Source of the DNA: Styela clava
Taxonomy: Eukaryota
DNA length: 64,000 nt
Assembly: GCF_964204865.1 (NCBI RefSeq)
Contig: NC_135251.1
Span: 11,222,001-11,286,000, forward strand
Reading direction: 5' to 3'
Shown here piece after piece: positions 13,988-26,000 of this stretch (its first letter is position 1; each line of letters opens with the position of its first letter). A program made the position numbers and the translations under genes. Below the pieces are notes generated by a model. It was not told where the DNA came from. It worked only from the letters and a program-made list of their open reading frames with translations, and searched no databases.

Positions 13988-16900
13988 ATGATTAGCATTA
14001 TTTCGAAGACGAACGTGATTATACTGACTTTGGTTTCGATTATTTCGTGCGAGGATTTATTGGACTGTAAACTAAAGGAGGGTTGCCACATCGCTCAATG
14101 CGATCCGGCTCCAAGGTCGTGGATCAATCATAACTTTAACCTTAAAGAACAAACCAACAGAAATGAGTATCCAATTACGTGTAAAGATAGAAAAGCAGGA
14201 TTATCAGACGATGCTATGAGTATTATATCGGCATTGGCGATCGGTGGCGGTGGAAGGCAAGGTCAAAAACCTGGACCCCAAGGACCTAAAGGTGAGACCG
14301 GAAAAAAAGGTGCAAAAGGTCAAAAAGGTGCACGAGGTATAACTGGGACAATTGGACCAGAGGGTGAAAAAGGGCAGCGTGGATTAATCGGACCGAGTGG
14401 AATGAAAGGCTCTAACGGCCAGTCGGGACAAACCGGTCCTAAAGGTACAAAAGGCGACTCAGGCGGAGAGATAACCAAAGATATTTTACAATCAATTATT
14501 GCAGGTGCGTTGAAATCATCAACAGTGTAAAGTGTATTATCTTGTTCCACTCAAAGTTGGCATCTACATTATTTAGAAGTATCCAACTGCTGACTTGCCC
14601 ATAACCGGCCATTGTCAATTTGTCCTGTATTAACTAATTATAGAAAATGCTTTGTATTTTTGTTCCTATTCTAATTCGCGTAATTTAACTTAGCTTTGAC
14701 AACTTTGCGAATAGTTGAACATTCATTTTTGTTTCGCTGATCCAGGATTATGCTCGTATGGATACGCAAGTCGATGCTACCTTCCACTAATGAACCATAA
14801 AGTCTCACACTCCCAAGCTGCAGAAATTTGTGTTTCGATCGGAGGAAAACTTGCTGACATTCACAGTAATAAACATTTGGAAGGTCTGAAGCAACATATA
14901 GTTAACTATAGGGATAAAGTCAACTTTCGAACATCTTTTTGGACAGCAATGAAATTCGAACGCCCTGTGAGTGTTTTTTATTTTATACAATTATGAATTA
15001 GAAATATTGGCAGTTCCACCTTAAAAATATTTAATACACAAGAAAAATTTCCAATAATGTTTTTTTTGCACTTTGAAATATCTATCATATTTAATTGTAT
15101 ATACCGTAGATTACTGATATACAATTATCATAGCAAACCAGCTGCTGTAAAAATGCTGAAAGCATGGAGGTACGTTACTGCTGCAGCCCGTAATCACTGG
15201 CAGCAAAGATTACAAGATACAAAAAGAGTTTTTCGATCGTTTCTCTGAACTCTTAATGTGGTTGTTGTGATTTTTGTACACCTAGTGCAGTGATTTTCAA
15301 CCGGTGTTCCGCGGAACACTGGTGTTCCGCGACAGACCTCCAGGTGTTCCGCGAAAAATTGCTTTTTAGAAGTATTATGACGTCATTCGAATAATATAAA
15401 TAGAGTCGATTTGAAAACGGCGAGTCAGACTTTTGGAAAGTCGGTATAAAAAACTTGTAAGAAATGACAGGCCATATTCCCTTTTAATAGACTTTATCTC
15501 GGCGTGTATGTTTAGTGATCCATTCCATTCTTGACCGAATATTGTTTCAAAAATGTGAGCATTATACTCGACCATGAATGGAGTCATCATCGGAGTTGAT
15601 TACATTCGTTGCATTTTGAAGCTTTTCTTGCAGTAATAATTAGGGCGTGGGCATCATCAAAATCGTCAAGTGAAGTGTTGAATTTGCAAATTGCGTAAAT
15701 AAAATTGTGAATTTGTAGGTAACGATTTTAGCTATGATAATGGTCGCAGTATTGTTTTGTTGGGAAAGAAAACGTTAAAACTCGAGGTGATTAATTCTAA
15801 TCAGCGTCTAATCAGCACAAAAGCAATTGGGCAAAAAATTGTTTACATTTTTTTTGGCATCAGGTCGCGCATGGAGGATATCGTTAAAGAAGTGCTCTTC
15901 ATCGTCATCTCGCCACGTAGAAATGCCTTTATTTCAGCTTTTAAATCAACATTCAGGATTCACGCAATCACAGATTTATCTAATCACAGTATCTAATTGA
16001 TTTACTCCGGAAATAACACTGACACCAGTGTGGTGCATACGAAACTCAATTATCGTCTTGATAAATGTGTACATCTCGTTGTCGATAATGATAATATTAT
16101 TCGCTAAACTGGGACGTTTAATTTGCAAACGACGATAAGTTAGATCCAAGCCAACGCAAAGGATAAAAATCAGAATAAAATTAAGTTGGAATTTAAAATC
16201 GCTCCCTAATGTCATTAACATCTGTCGCTAATGTGAACGCATATAGTTATACCAAAATATGGAACTTCGATCTCCGCCGTTCGGCAAGAATTAATACTTG
16301 CGCACAAGAACAAAGGCGGTAATATGAAAATGTTCAGGGAGCAAAAAAAGTAGCGATTATGACGAAATTAAACAGTAAGAATCACTTTGCTGCCAATTTT
16401 CAATGTTTCTATTAATTTCCAAATCGACCTCCGACCTTCTGGACTCCTGATGCGTATAAAAAAAACGCGAGAAATTGAGAGCCGTTGAGAAAAAGATGCG
16501 TGTTTGTCTCTCCTCAATTACCGAATAAATTATTTGAAACTCACCGGAACAGACCTAAATATTACACTAAAATACCGTTTCTGTTTCTAGCTATCGTAAT
16601 CATAGTATTCATAAGCAAACTTGCAAAAACATATATTTGTACCGTACTTTAGCTCTTGTAGCTCTGAAACGGAATGTGTCACGTCTTTTCCTAAAGTTGA
16701 CAAGCTATATTATTGATTTCGTTATTTTATTTTCATGCCGAAATGATCGACGTCAGTTAATTGCATAATATAGTTTATTTCCAAAAATTTCGTTTGGTGT
16801 TCCGCCACAATTTCAGATTAAAAAAAGTGTTTCGCGGTACAAAAAAGGTTGAAAATCACTGACCTAGTGGACCAAGTGATATCAAATTTACGGTACTCCC

Positions 16901-18638
16901 GCAGTGTGTGTACCAGGTTAGGGTAAGCAATAATTTTATTCAGATTTTCCTCATTTTAGTTCTATTATGAGTTCGGCGACTGTCTGTGTTAGCCCATCGG
17001 TTTAAGTCCCTTCACAAAACTTGATGTAGAGTAGGCGAACAAAATTAGTTACCTCCATATTGGTACGCATAATTCTGGAGCGCCAAATTCACAGCATTTG
17101 AAGCCTTCAAAAAGCTTTTTCAATTTTGTTTGAGTCCCGATATTTTATACAAACTTCACTTTAATATTTCATTTCATGAACTAACATTTTAATTAATATC
17201 GAAACATTTTATTCCGTCATACTAATCCGTTGATCTATTCAGCAAAGTAGGATCTCGACTGGGGCCTGAACGTTGCCCTTTTGTTTTGTTTGCCCGTTTA
17301 GTATTATTTTGTTGTTATGAAAAAAATGACTTTTCTCTTTAAACTGGACAAATTGTTCTGGAATTTTCATGGGTTGAAGATTGTATTTTTCTTTAAAAGT
17401 TTATTACTTTCATTTATTTTGTTAATTTTTGTGGGTTCTATGAAACTCGTTCCCATATATTTGAGCAGCGCTCTCTCACTTACTAAAGCAGCGTTGTTTC
17501 GTTTTCTAATTATTGTGTTCGAAACTCAATTATCTTATTTCAGACATCACGTATTCTTCTAAGTCAGTGGTTCTTAAAGTATGGGTCGCGACCCAAACAT
17601 GGGTCGCGGAAGGTTTAAAAATGGGTCGCGACAAGGTCGTCAATGCAAGGGCAATTTAAGAGGAGAAGGACGAATTTTCAGCTTCCCCAATGTTTCAATT
17701 TAGCTTCTAAACTCTGGTAATGAAATATAAAATTTCATTCACGGAAAGAACTGTCTTGAGCTCATTGTTACATCACAATTCTGATATGCCAGTCACGTGT
17801 ATTATTTTTATGGTATCGGTAACCATGCACGTCGCTTGTCGTTGTGTTGACCGCATGGAATGTCGTCTTAGTGGATTAAAATAACCAAAAATGGGTGTCT
17901 TTTTGGTAATGAAAATTGTAATAGACGACGCAATGAAAAAGCTCGCTTCTCGACATTAGATTATTCAATATCTAGAGAAAATGTGACTTCATCTCGAGGC
18001 ACCATTTACCGCGAACGAAGCAATGCGTGCACATGTGACGAGTAAAAAGTTGTATATTGGCCAGAGATACCGAAGGCCAGTTAGGATGTCGTGTTTGCGA
18101 CGGACAGCGGACGCCTTTTCTGCTACAATTCGCGACAAGGCACTTGTGCGAGCGAGGATATTTGGCACTGACTGTTATCAAAACTAAGCTCGCAATCGCT
18201 TCGATACCCGTGACAACTTGCGTATGCGTTAAGTAAAATAGAGCTGTCTGTGTATTGAAGATATAAGAAAAAGGAAATTTCAGTTTCATCAATCTCACTG
18301 AGTCAATGGACTGTTTCTAATAAATAGTTGTCTGTATTTGAGTCAAACTGTACTAACATTAAAAACACATTTTGCGTTTTTTAGGATTGGGTCGCGAGTA
18401 TTCATAAAACTCAGATTTGGGTCGCGCTTGAAAAAGTTTAAGAACCACTGTTCTAAGTGACAACACAGAAGCAAAGTTTAAATATAAATGGTATCGAAAT
18501 TTTCCACATTTTGGTTTTGGTTACGACGAAATTGCCTGGCAACCGCAGTCGGATGAATTCCTCAACATGATCGAACTACAAACATATCATCCTCTCTGTG
18601 AAATTGTTCTTTACGAGAGTGATGTATTGAAGAAGTGA
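13988..18638 (+). CDS. Collectin-like secreted protein (signal peptide, Cys-rich N-terminus, collagen region, C-type lectin-like domain); last exon interrupted by a hAT insertion
   Basis: Exon 1 is 13988-14504 (hydrophobic signal, 21 uninterrupted Gly-X-Y triplets GPQ..GDS, donor gtgcgt, phase 1). Exon 2 is 14746-14966 (LCSYGYASRCY..AAEICVSIGGKLADI..FWTAM, donor gtgagt). Exon 3 is 17544-17564 plus 18459-18638 (TSRILLS|DNTEAKFKYKWYRNFP..HPLCEIV..TGA), in frame once the element and one TSD are removed. About 312 aa. AATAAA at 18675. Confidence 0.85.
15288..16861. mobile_element. Non-autonomous hAT (Charlie-type) element in collectin intron 2
   Basis: Perfect 15-bp TIRs CAGTGATTTTCAACC, perfect 8-bp TSD ACCTAGTG (15280-15287, 16862-16869), subterminal GTGTTCCGC repeats; 1574 bp. 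Confidence 0.93.
16892..17084 (+). mobile_element. MITE family B variant (about 195 bp, high copy number)
   Basis: GGTACTCCC..CCAGGTTAGGG..CAAAATTAGTTACCTCCATATTGG..CTGGAGCGCC with TSD AAATTTAC/AAATTCAC. Further copies or fragments at about 20282-20465, 20753-20968, 21905-22095, 32178-32392, 60166-60280 and 63181-63220. Confidence 0.85.
17565..18450. mobile_element. Non-autonomous hAT (Charlie-type) element inserted in collectin exon 3
   Basis: Perfect 14-bp TIRs CAGTGGTTCTTAAA/TTTAAGAACCACTG, perfect 8-bp TSD TTCTAAGT (17557-17564, 18451-18458), subterminal TGGGTCGCG repeats at both ends; 886 bp. Confidence 0.95.
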
Positions 18639-19543
18639 CTGTATACAAGACATCAGACGTATGTTTTACAATTTAATAAACCAGTGGTTCTCGAACGTTT
18701 TGAGCCGCGCCCCCTATTTTAGTATTTGTTAAGTCTCGCGTCCCAACTCAAAAATAACTAGCTAACAACCAGCTACAAATAGCAATTAGTAGGGTGAAAG
18801 TGTGTTTTATCCAAAAATCACGTTGAAAATACTAGGATAGAACGTAAATACCCAAAATAAAGAAATGTAAATATTCAAAATAGGGCGGGCAAGATCAAAT
18901 CTATTGAATATTTTTATTTTTCACGCCTCCTCAAAAATTGTCTACGCCCGCCCCTGGTGAGGCGGCTCGTAGATTTTGGACACGTAAACAAAGCGCTTTA
19001 GCTACTGTCGAAACCTAAAGTGTAAATACTTCGCCAAACACCGTATGGTAATTAATATCAAACTTATAAAGCACCTAATTAGGAGCCGATCACCAATTAA
19101 AGCAATTTTGCTTTGTATATTCCATAACCAAGCGGCTTTCATAACAAACATAATTTCTCGCAATCCTATCAAAAAGTCCAATTTGCGTACCAGCGGGTCA
19201 ACAACTTATTCGGATGTAACATGATCAAAAAAGTTATAAAAAGAATCGAGCAATTTTGGCGCCGTTTGGACAATACATGGTCCAGTTATTGCTCAAAATA
19301 TCCGAAGTTGTTAATTTTACGGTACTTGCCAACCAGCACAAATTTCACTTTCCAATTTTCAAATCCTATCACTCGTGTGCGCATGTTTGACAGAAATTAG
19401 GCGACCGAGGAAAATCTTCACGCGACCCATAGTTTGGGAATTTTTATTTCAAAATGGTTAATGGCGTAAAAGACCCTTTATGTTATTTGCATCATAAACT
19501 TATTAATAACAACAACAAAAAGAAGTTGGCGCCAAATATAAGT

Positions 19544-19688
19544 TATTCTATTCAATTAAAGAGTCCAGCTGCACACTAACACAAATGTATTTCTTTAACG
19601 TCTGAGGAAGTCTGACTCTGGTCGGACGAAACGTTACAGAAATACATTTGTGTTAGTGTGCAGCTGGACTCTTTAATTGAATAGAATA
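19544..19688 (+). ncRNA. Inverted repeat enclosing a minimal hammerhead-ribozyme core (Penelope-like-element type)
   Basis: 58-bp arms (19544-19601 and 19631-19688, one mismatch). The loop is CTGAGGA-A, then a 7-bp stem II GTCTGAC/TCTG/GTCGGAC, then GAAA, continuing CGTTA (palindromic AACGTT followed by an NUH triplet). Confidence 0.7.
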
Positions 19689-20028
19689 GTCATGTTTATT
19701 CCAGCTACAGTATCCTTGCAGTATACGCATACGGATCCACTAGCATAAAGGCGTAGAGAAAAGATAGGAAGTTAGTCTCGCGCAACCCAACTCAAATTTA
19801 AAACATAAGTTATCCGCTTTTTTAGCTTTTATTTGTAACTATCGTTTTTCAACACTTAAAAGATATTCCGTTATAAAATCAAACACGTTTGCACGATTTC
19901 CAATATATTCCAAGATTATACTTAGAATTAGAAAAATAAAATTAAGTGAGGTTGATAAAATTTTATTTACTCATTTGAACACTCGGATTAAATTATTTAT
20001 TTGAACTTTTTAAATGGATTTTCTTTTC

Positions 20029-23000
20029 TTAATAACAAGATATAGGAGATAGAGTGTATCTAGTTTTCTCGGACATCTCAACAGTTGGATCTCCCCCAAA
20101 GCATAACCTGATAAAACAGAGTATTATTTTATACTTAATGTATAAGGTGCTTTAATGGAATTAAATTTGAAAAACATGTTTGAATATTCTATGAAGGTTA
20201 ACTGAAGAAAATTGTTAATAGATTGTTCCTTTTAACACATTGATACGGACAGGCAGTCGAGTGCATATATATAAAAAAGTTGGTCGCTACAGAAGTATCC
20301 ATACCAATATGGAGGTAAATAATTTTGTTCGTCTATTTTACATCAAGTTGTGTAAAGGAACTGTCACCTATGGACAGAGGGATAATCACTTGGCCAACAC
20401 AGACAATCTTCAAACTCGTAACGCAACTAAAATGAGAAAAATTGGTACACATACTAAGGGAGTACGAAAAGTTGTATTTGTCTAGTTGAAATAGTATTCT
20501 TATATTAACGGCAGGGACACTCACAGCTGTTGGGTAGCTCCCACCCACACCGTCACGTAATCAATGGTGATGTAGTCTCTTCCGACATTTATTTCTTGTT
20601 GTTCCCATAACAATTTGACGTAATCGATCGTTCCTGGGTTGTAATCATAATATACGAGTGAACTATGATATCCTCCCGGACGAAGCTCGTAAACAGTGCT
20701 AAACCAATATGGCTGAATTTAGTTCAATCTGAATCTTTATAATTCAATTTTTGGCGCTCCAGAAGTGTGTGTAACAATATGGAGGTAACTAATTTTGTTC
20801 GCCTACTTTACATCAAGTTGTGTAAAGGGACTGAAACATATGGGCAGGGGGTATATTCAATTGTGAATTCAATTCAGTCCCCAAACTCGTAATAGAACTA
20901 AAAAAAGGAAAATCGGAATATAATTATGTCCTAACCCTAACCTGGTACACACACTATACGGGAATACCCTTTTTTATATCATATTTCACAAACTCGTGCA
21001 AAAGGCAGCACGAATTACATTACTTCATTTCCTACTAATCATTTCCAATCATTTCTTTGGACCATTTCTAAGACAGAAACGGAATCCTATCTATTATACA
21101 GCAATGTAGCAGTTATATTTAATGTTTATTGCATAAATTCCAGTGCATACGCAAATACCGCTCCTTCTTTATATATTCCTACAAAATCGCGTGTTTGGGG
21201 AATTGTAAGCAACATGTGAATTAAATTTTCGTAGTATTTAGTATATATTGATAAACTAAACAAATCTTTTCGTGGGAAAATGAAACCTGCGAAAACCTGG
21301 GCAAGCCGGATTAAGATTGCGAAAACCTGAAACCCTGGTTTCGAAATAATATATTCGAATTTGTACACACTCACAAATACTATTTCTACTTCATATAATT
21401 CTACAAAACCTCGCGTGTTTGAGTACCCATCTAATAAAATGTCATTCAAATATTCAAATCAATTTACTCTGCTCCGCCAATCTGTTGTTGTTCAGTATTG
21501 CCACTGGCACCGTACAAGGTGAGGTACAAGCTTCCATCTATACTTTTGCTGTTGGAACCGAGTCTCACTCCAACATCAGACATGTACTCTGTGTTTTAAC
21601 CAGGCAGCATTTTATTTAAGTATATGCGCTGATCTTAATGACTGATGGTTGATATGATACTAATTTGATTGAGTTATACAATCGATTTACCGTATCAAGA
21701 ATTAGTTATAATAAATATTTGCTGCAGCGCAAATATAACAATCTTTTATATCTCTTAAAATATAAGCATGGTATACAACTATTCTAATTTGAAAGCGGTA
21801 GCCGCGATTTACTTTGCTGTTAAGAATTAGTTATTCATGTTTCTGCAGCAGGAATATGACATTGCCAATTTGGATTAGCCGACTATAATTTTTGTTATTA
21901 TATTGGCGCTCCAGGAGTATGTGTATCAATACAGAGGTAACTAATTTTGTTCGCCTACTTCACATCAAGTTGTGTGAAGGGGCTGAAGTCCATGGGCAGG
22001 GGGCGTATTCACTTGGTTACACAAACAGTTCCCGAAATCGTAATAGAACTAAAATAAGGAAAATCGGAATAAAATTATGGCCTAACCCTAACTACGGAAG
22101 TAACAAATTTTGTCCTTATTTTAATGTGTGAAACCAAGTCGGAATTCAACTTACCACAAAACGGTGGAAGGGCATTGGTAGACAAATAGGTCTGCGCTTT
22201 GTATACTTGTGAAGCATATTTGTCAGCATGATATCCCATCTGAGGACAACCCTGAAATCGTGGTGGCGTTATAACAGAAAAATATTTTATTTTGAAGTGG
22301 ATTAAATGCATTCAATTAGTATGAATTCCATAATAATGTGAACAACGATTATATATCCAATCAAAACATGCATCTGAAACAAATAACTGGTTAACTATTC
22401 TCATACCCGACATGGACCGGTAACCGGATGAGACCCTTGTTTCACCGTGTAATTAAGCAGCCTTCCCTTTCTACTGGGATAAATAATAAAATCCTATCCA
22501 GTAACCAGTTCTATCCTAAAAAAATAAGTTTGAAATGAATGCGGCAATTATTATTCAGAAATTGTTACCAAAAATATAATCTAGAGAATTTATTCACAGC
22601 GTTCACATTGGGGTTCTTACACACAAAATATGTTATTGTCCATAATCATTCAAAAGTTGCCGTTTTTGATATTTTTTGTATGCGTATTAAACGAGTAACT
22701 TTCTATGGACTCGAGATCCTTTCAACTACTGTTGAAAAATTATGTTCAATCATCTACTCACAATCGAAAATTTCCTATAATAAGCAACACTATTACTAAG
22801 ACCTACCGTAGAGTCGCAATCCAAACATTTTCCTGCTAAGAACTCGTTATAACTAAGACAAGGATATGACTTGAAAGGACATGTTGTCGTGATCGATTCA
22901 GTGAAGAATTTCACAGCTCTGATATGATTACAGGCAACAAAATCTCGCGTTCCATCAGTAATCCCGTCGATACCAATAATTGTGGAGAGAGCATTCTTTA

Positions 23001-26000
23001 TATATAAGAATAATTGTATTGAATTTATTTTTCAATATGTTTTTTATTGATATTGTGTTAATGAAAAAAGCATTTCAACCTACGTAAGATATTGTGCTTA
23101 TAAGCAGAATGCGAAAATTTTCAAAATATTCAAAAAAGGGCGGAATTTTAGAAAGATGGTGTTACTTGTACTCAATAACATTTAACATACTGATGGGTGG
23201 TGAAACCTTGGGAATTCCGAATAGCCATTTGAAAAAAACATATACTCTATATAGTCGAACGTGAAAAGAAATTCATTTTGATTTCAAGGTAAAGTTCAAA
23301 ATTAGCCTATTGGAGATTTCGAATACGGTATGAAGTGTTAATCCTATTTAATCGAATATGATAACGAGCTATATACAAAATGACAGGCTTGTTTACGGGA
23401 ATGGGATTCCCATGGGATGGGACAGCTCACATTTTTATTTCCCATGGGACACGTGGGACACGAAAACCGTATGATTTTCTGGGAGAGGATAGTAAAACAC
23501 TTCGTTATGGATTTCGTGTCCATATATTTGAGCATAGCTCTCTTGTTAGTTATAAAGAGCAAAATATATTCAGCCCTAACAATATACTTACTATACTATA
23601 CAATATACAATATACTCGAAGGGGATGATGGACACATGCATAATAGTTATGAATATAAAGTTAACAAAGTCCGTAAATTTTGCTGTGTTGCATGTCCCTT
23701 CGTACATGTAGTCCTATTTAGTAGACGCTAAACCTAAATGTAACAATTTTTATTGAATTTTATTCTAATGGGAATCCCATGGGATGGGATGGGACAGCCA
23801 TAATTGCTATGGGATGGGAATGGGACAGAAAAATATGTCCCATAGACAAGCCTGCAAAATGACTTTACATGAGGGTGGAAACAAAAATTTGCTTTATCAT
23901 TACACCTCTTCCTCTATCTACAAATTTGCTTTGCACTTCAATTACTCAGGTATTTTTTCTTATTCTGCACAACCTATTGGTTGTTAATGGTGCTTCCAAA
24001 TAAACATGCACCTAAGAGTCATTGCAATCCACGTTTAACTACTGGATAAAAATATCATATATATTAATCTACATATAATGTAATGACAGTGACCTGATCG
24101 CAACCGGGCTGTTGGTATCCAGCATTTGGCCAGAAATCTACATGGCCTGATTGTTCACCGGTGCCAAGACCCATATCCGTTATTTTTTCCGCATCGCTAT
24201 GAATTACATCAACAAAGTCGGCATCTGTCTCGTCCAACCGAACTTCAGCGGGGGTTCCTTCAAAATACGGGCCCGCTGGATCAAGGCCTAGAACATGTAA
24301 TATTCAGTGGTAATAGGTGGCAAAAGTTAGTTTTGAAGGGTTTGTCTAGGCGCTTTTGAGAACGCATCGCTCTACTAAAATTGAATCTCCTTTAAGATCC
24401 ATACCCCTTCCCCCAAAAGAAGATTTTTTGCAGTTTTATCGGAGGAATTTTGCTTTTTATTTGCTGTAGTATTATTGATATCTTTTTTTTTTTTTTTTAA
24501 ATATTACTATGATACTTATCCATGAACTCCATTCATAACAAACTACTTCAACTGTAAAAAACGGGAATGAGTATTGTACATAACACCTGCAACTAGCATA
24601 GGAGATTGAACAAATAAAGTATTTTTTGCATAGGAAAGGAGGAGGAGCAGTTTAGTTTTTCGGGGTGCGGTGACCTAAAGGTAATTTGTTAGATTTAACT
24701 GTCTTTTGTTCCATTTAAAATAGTATCTCCTCTGAGATCGTTATATATTAGTGGCCGCTTGTTGGGGCCTTTTTCGCAGCAAAAAAAGAGTCGCTCTCGT
24801 AGTATGTGCACCAAGATGTCGGATACCTTAACATAGTATGTGTACCAGGATTGCGTTAGGCCATAATTTTATTCCAATTTTTCCTATTTTAGTTCTATTA
24901 AGAGTTCGGGGACTAGCCAAGTGACCGAAGTAGTATTTGTACCTGAAATTATGGCCTAATCCTAATCTGGTACACATACTACGTTACGGTGTCCGCCTTC
25001 TTGTTTCACATATTACGGGAGTACCAAAAAAGAAACAGAAGAGGAGGACATCGTTTCACACCTGTAATTCTTCCGAGCCTAGCGACTCTGTTCCCGGCAT
25101 ATCCGCAAGTGTGAGAACCCAAACTGTGACCGACGCAATGAAACTGAGACGGTGACATTCCGAATGCTGACTGCAGAATAAAATCATAACAATTGCAAAT
25201 TTAGAATAAATTATGAAATGCTACGTAAAAACTATCCGTGCACGAGCTTGGAATTAAAACTGAGTTCAAGTCGGAATCTTGGCTGACAATACCATTTTAA
25301 AATAAGAAATTCTAAATAACCCTTTCAGGTAGTTTTCAAATTAAGAAAATGCGAGGAAGCAGCGTATGTACATCAGTTGCAGTACTTAGGTTGTGCGAAT
25401 AAAAAGTAGAATTCTGATGCTCCGTGCAAATCACGAAATAATATGCGGGGAATCACAAGATCTATCACTGAGTGTTTTATTGAAGAAATTGGAATATACA
25501 ACAAAGACTATTTTTTTCTGTCGATTAAAAACGTTTTAGATTCAGCTAAAATTCCTGATTATGCCATCTTCTTGAGATATATATAATAACAAAAGAAGAT
25601 TTTCTTTACGCCGAAATTACCTAAATATATTTGCATGAGGACTTTTGTAAAAGTCAGCTGACCAAATATTCTGGCAACTTACAATTAAATTTTTAATGAA
25701 ATTTCCAATTTCGGCTCCTACAATCTGGGTATCTACAGCGCTGCTTGCGTAGTTCAGCTGGAGAGATGCTCCCATCCAACCAACACGAATGATATTTTCG
25801 TTGCCTTTCTAAATTATTACAAACAAAAATAGAAAATAACAAAGTGCACTATTCAACTCGGATTATGATCTATGGAGAAGCATTACTGTAAAGATGATGA
25901 AGATAATTATTCTTGACGTATGAACATAATTCATTCTTTCAAGTAATATTCAGTGCTACTCTAGCGTGAGCCCTATAAGGTTAGCAATTTAGCGTGAGGT

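Noticed and set aside
14320-14550. Pro-rich - strand ORF
   Set aside because: Antisense shadow of the collagen Gly-X-Y codons.
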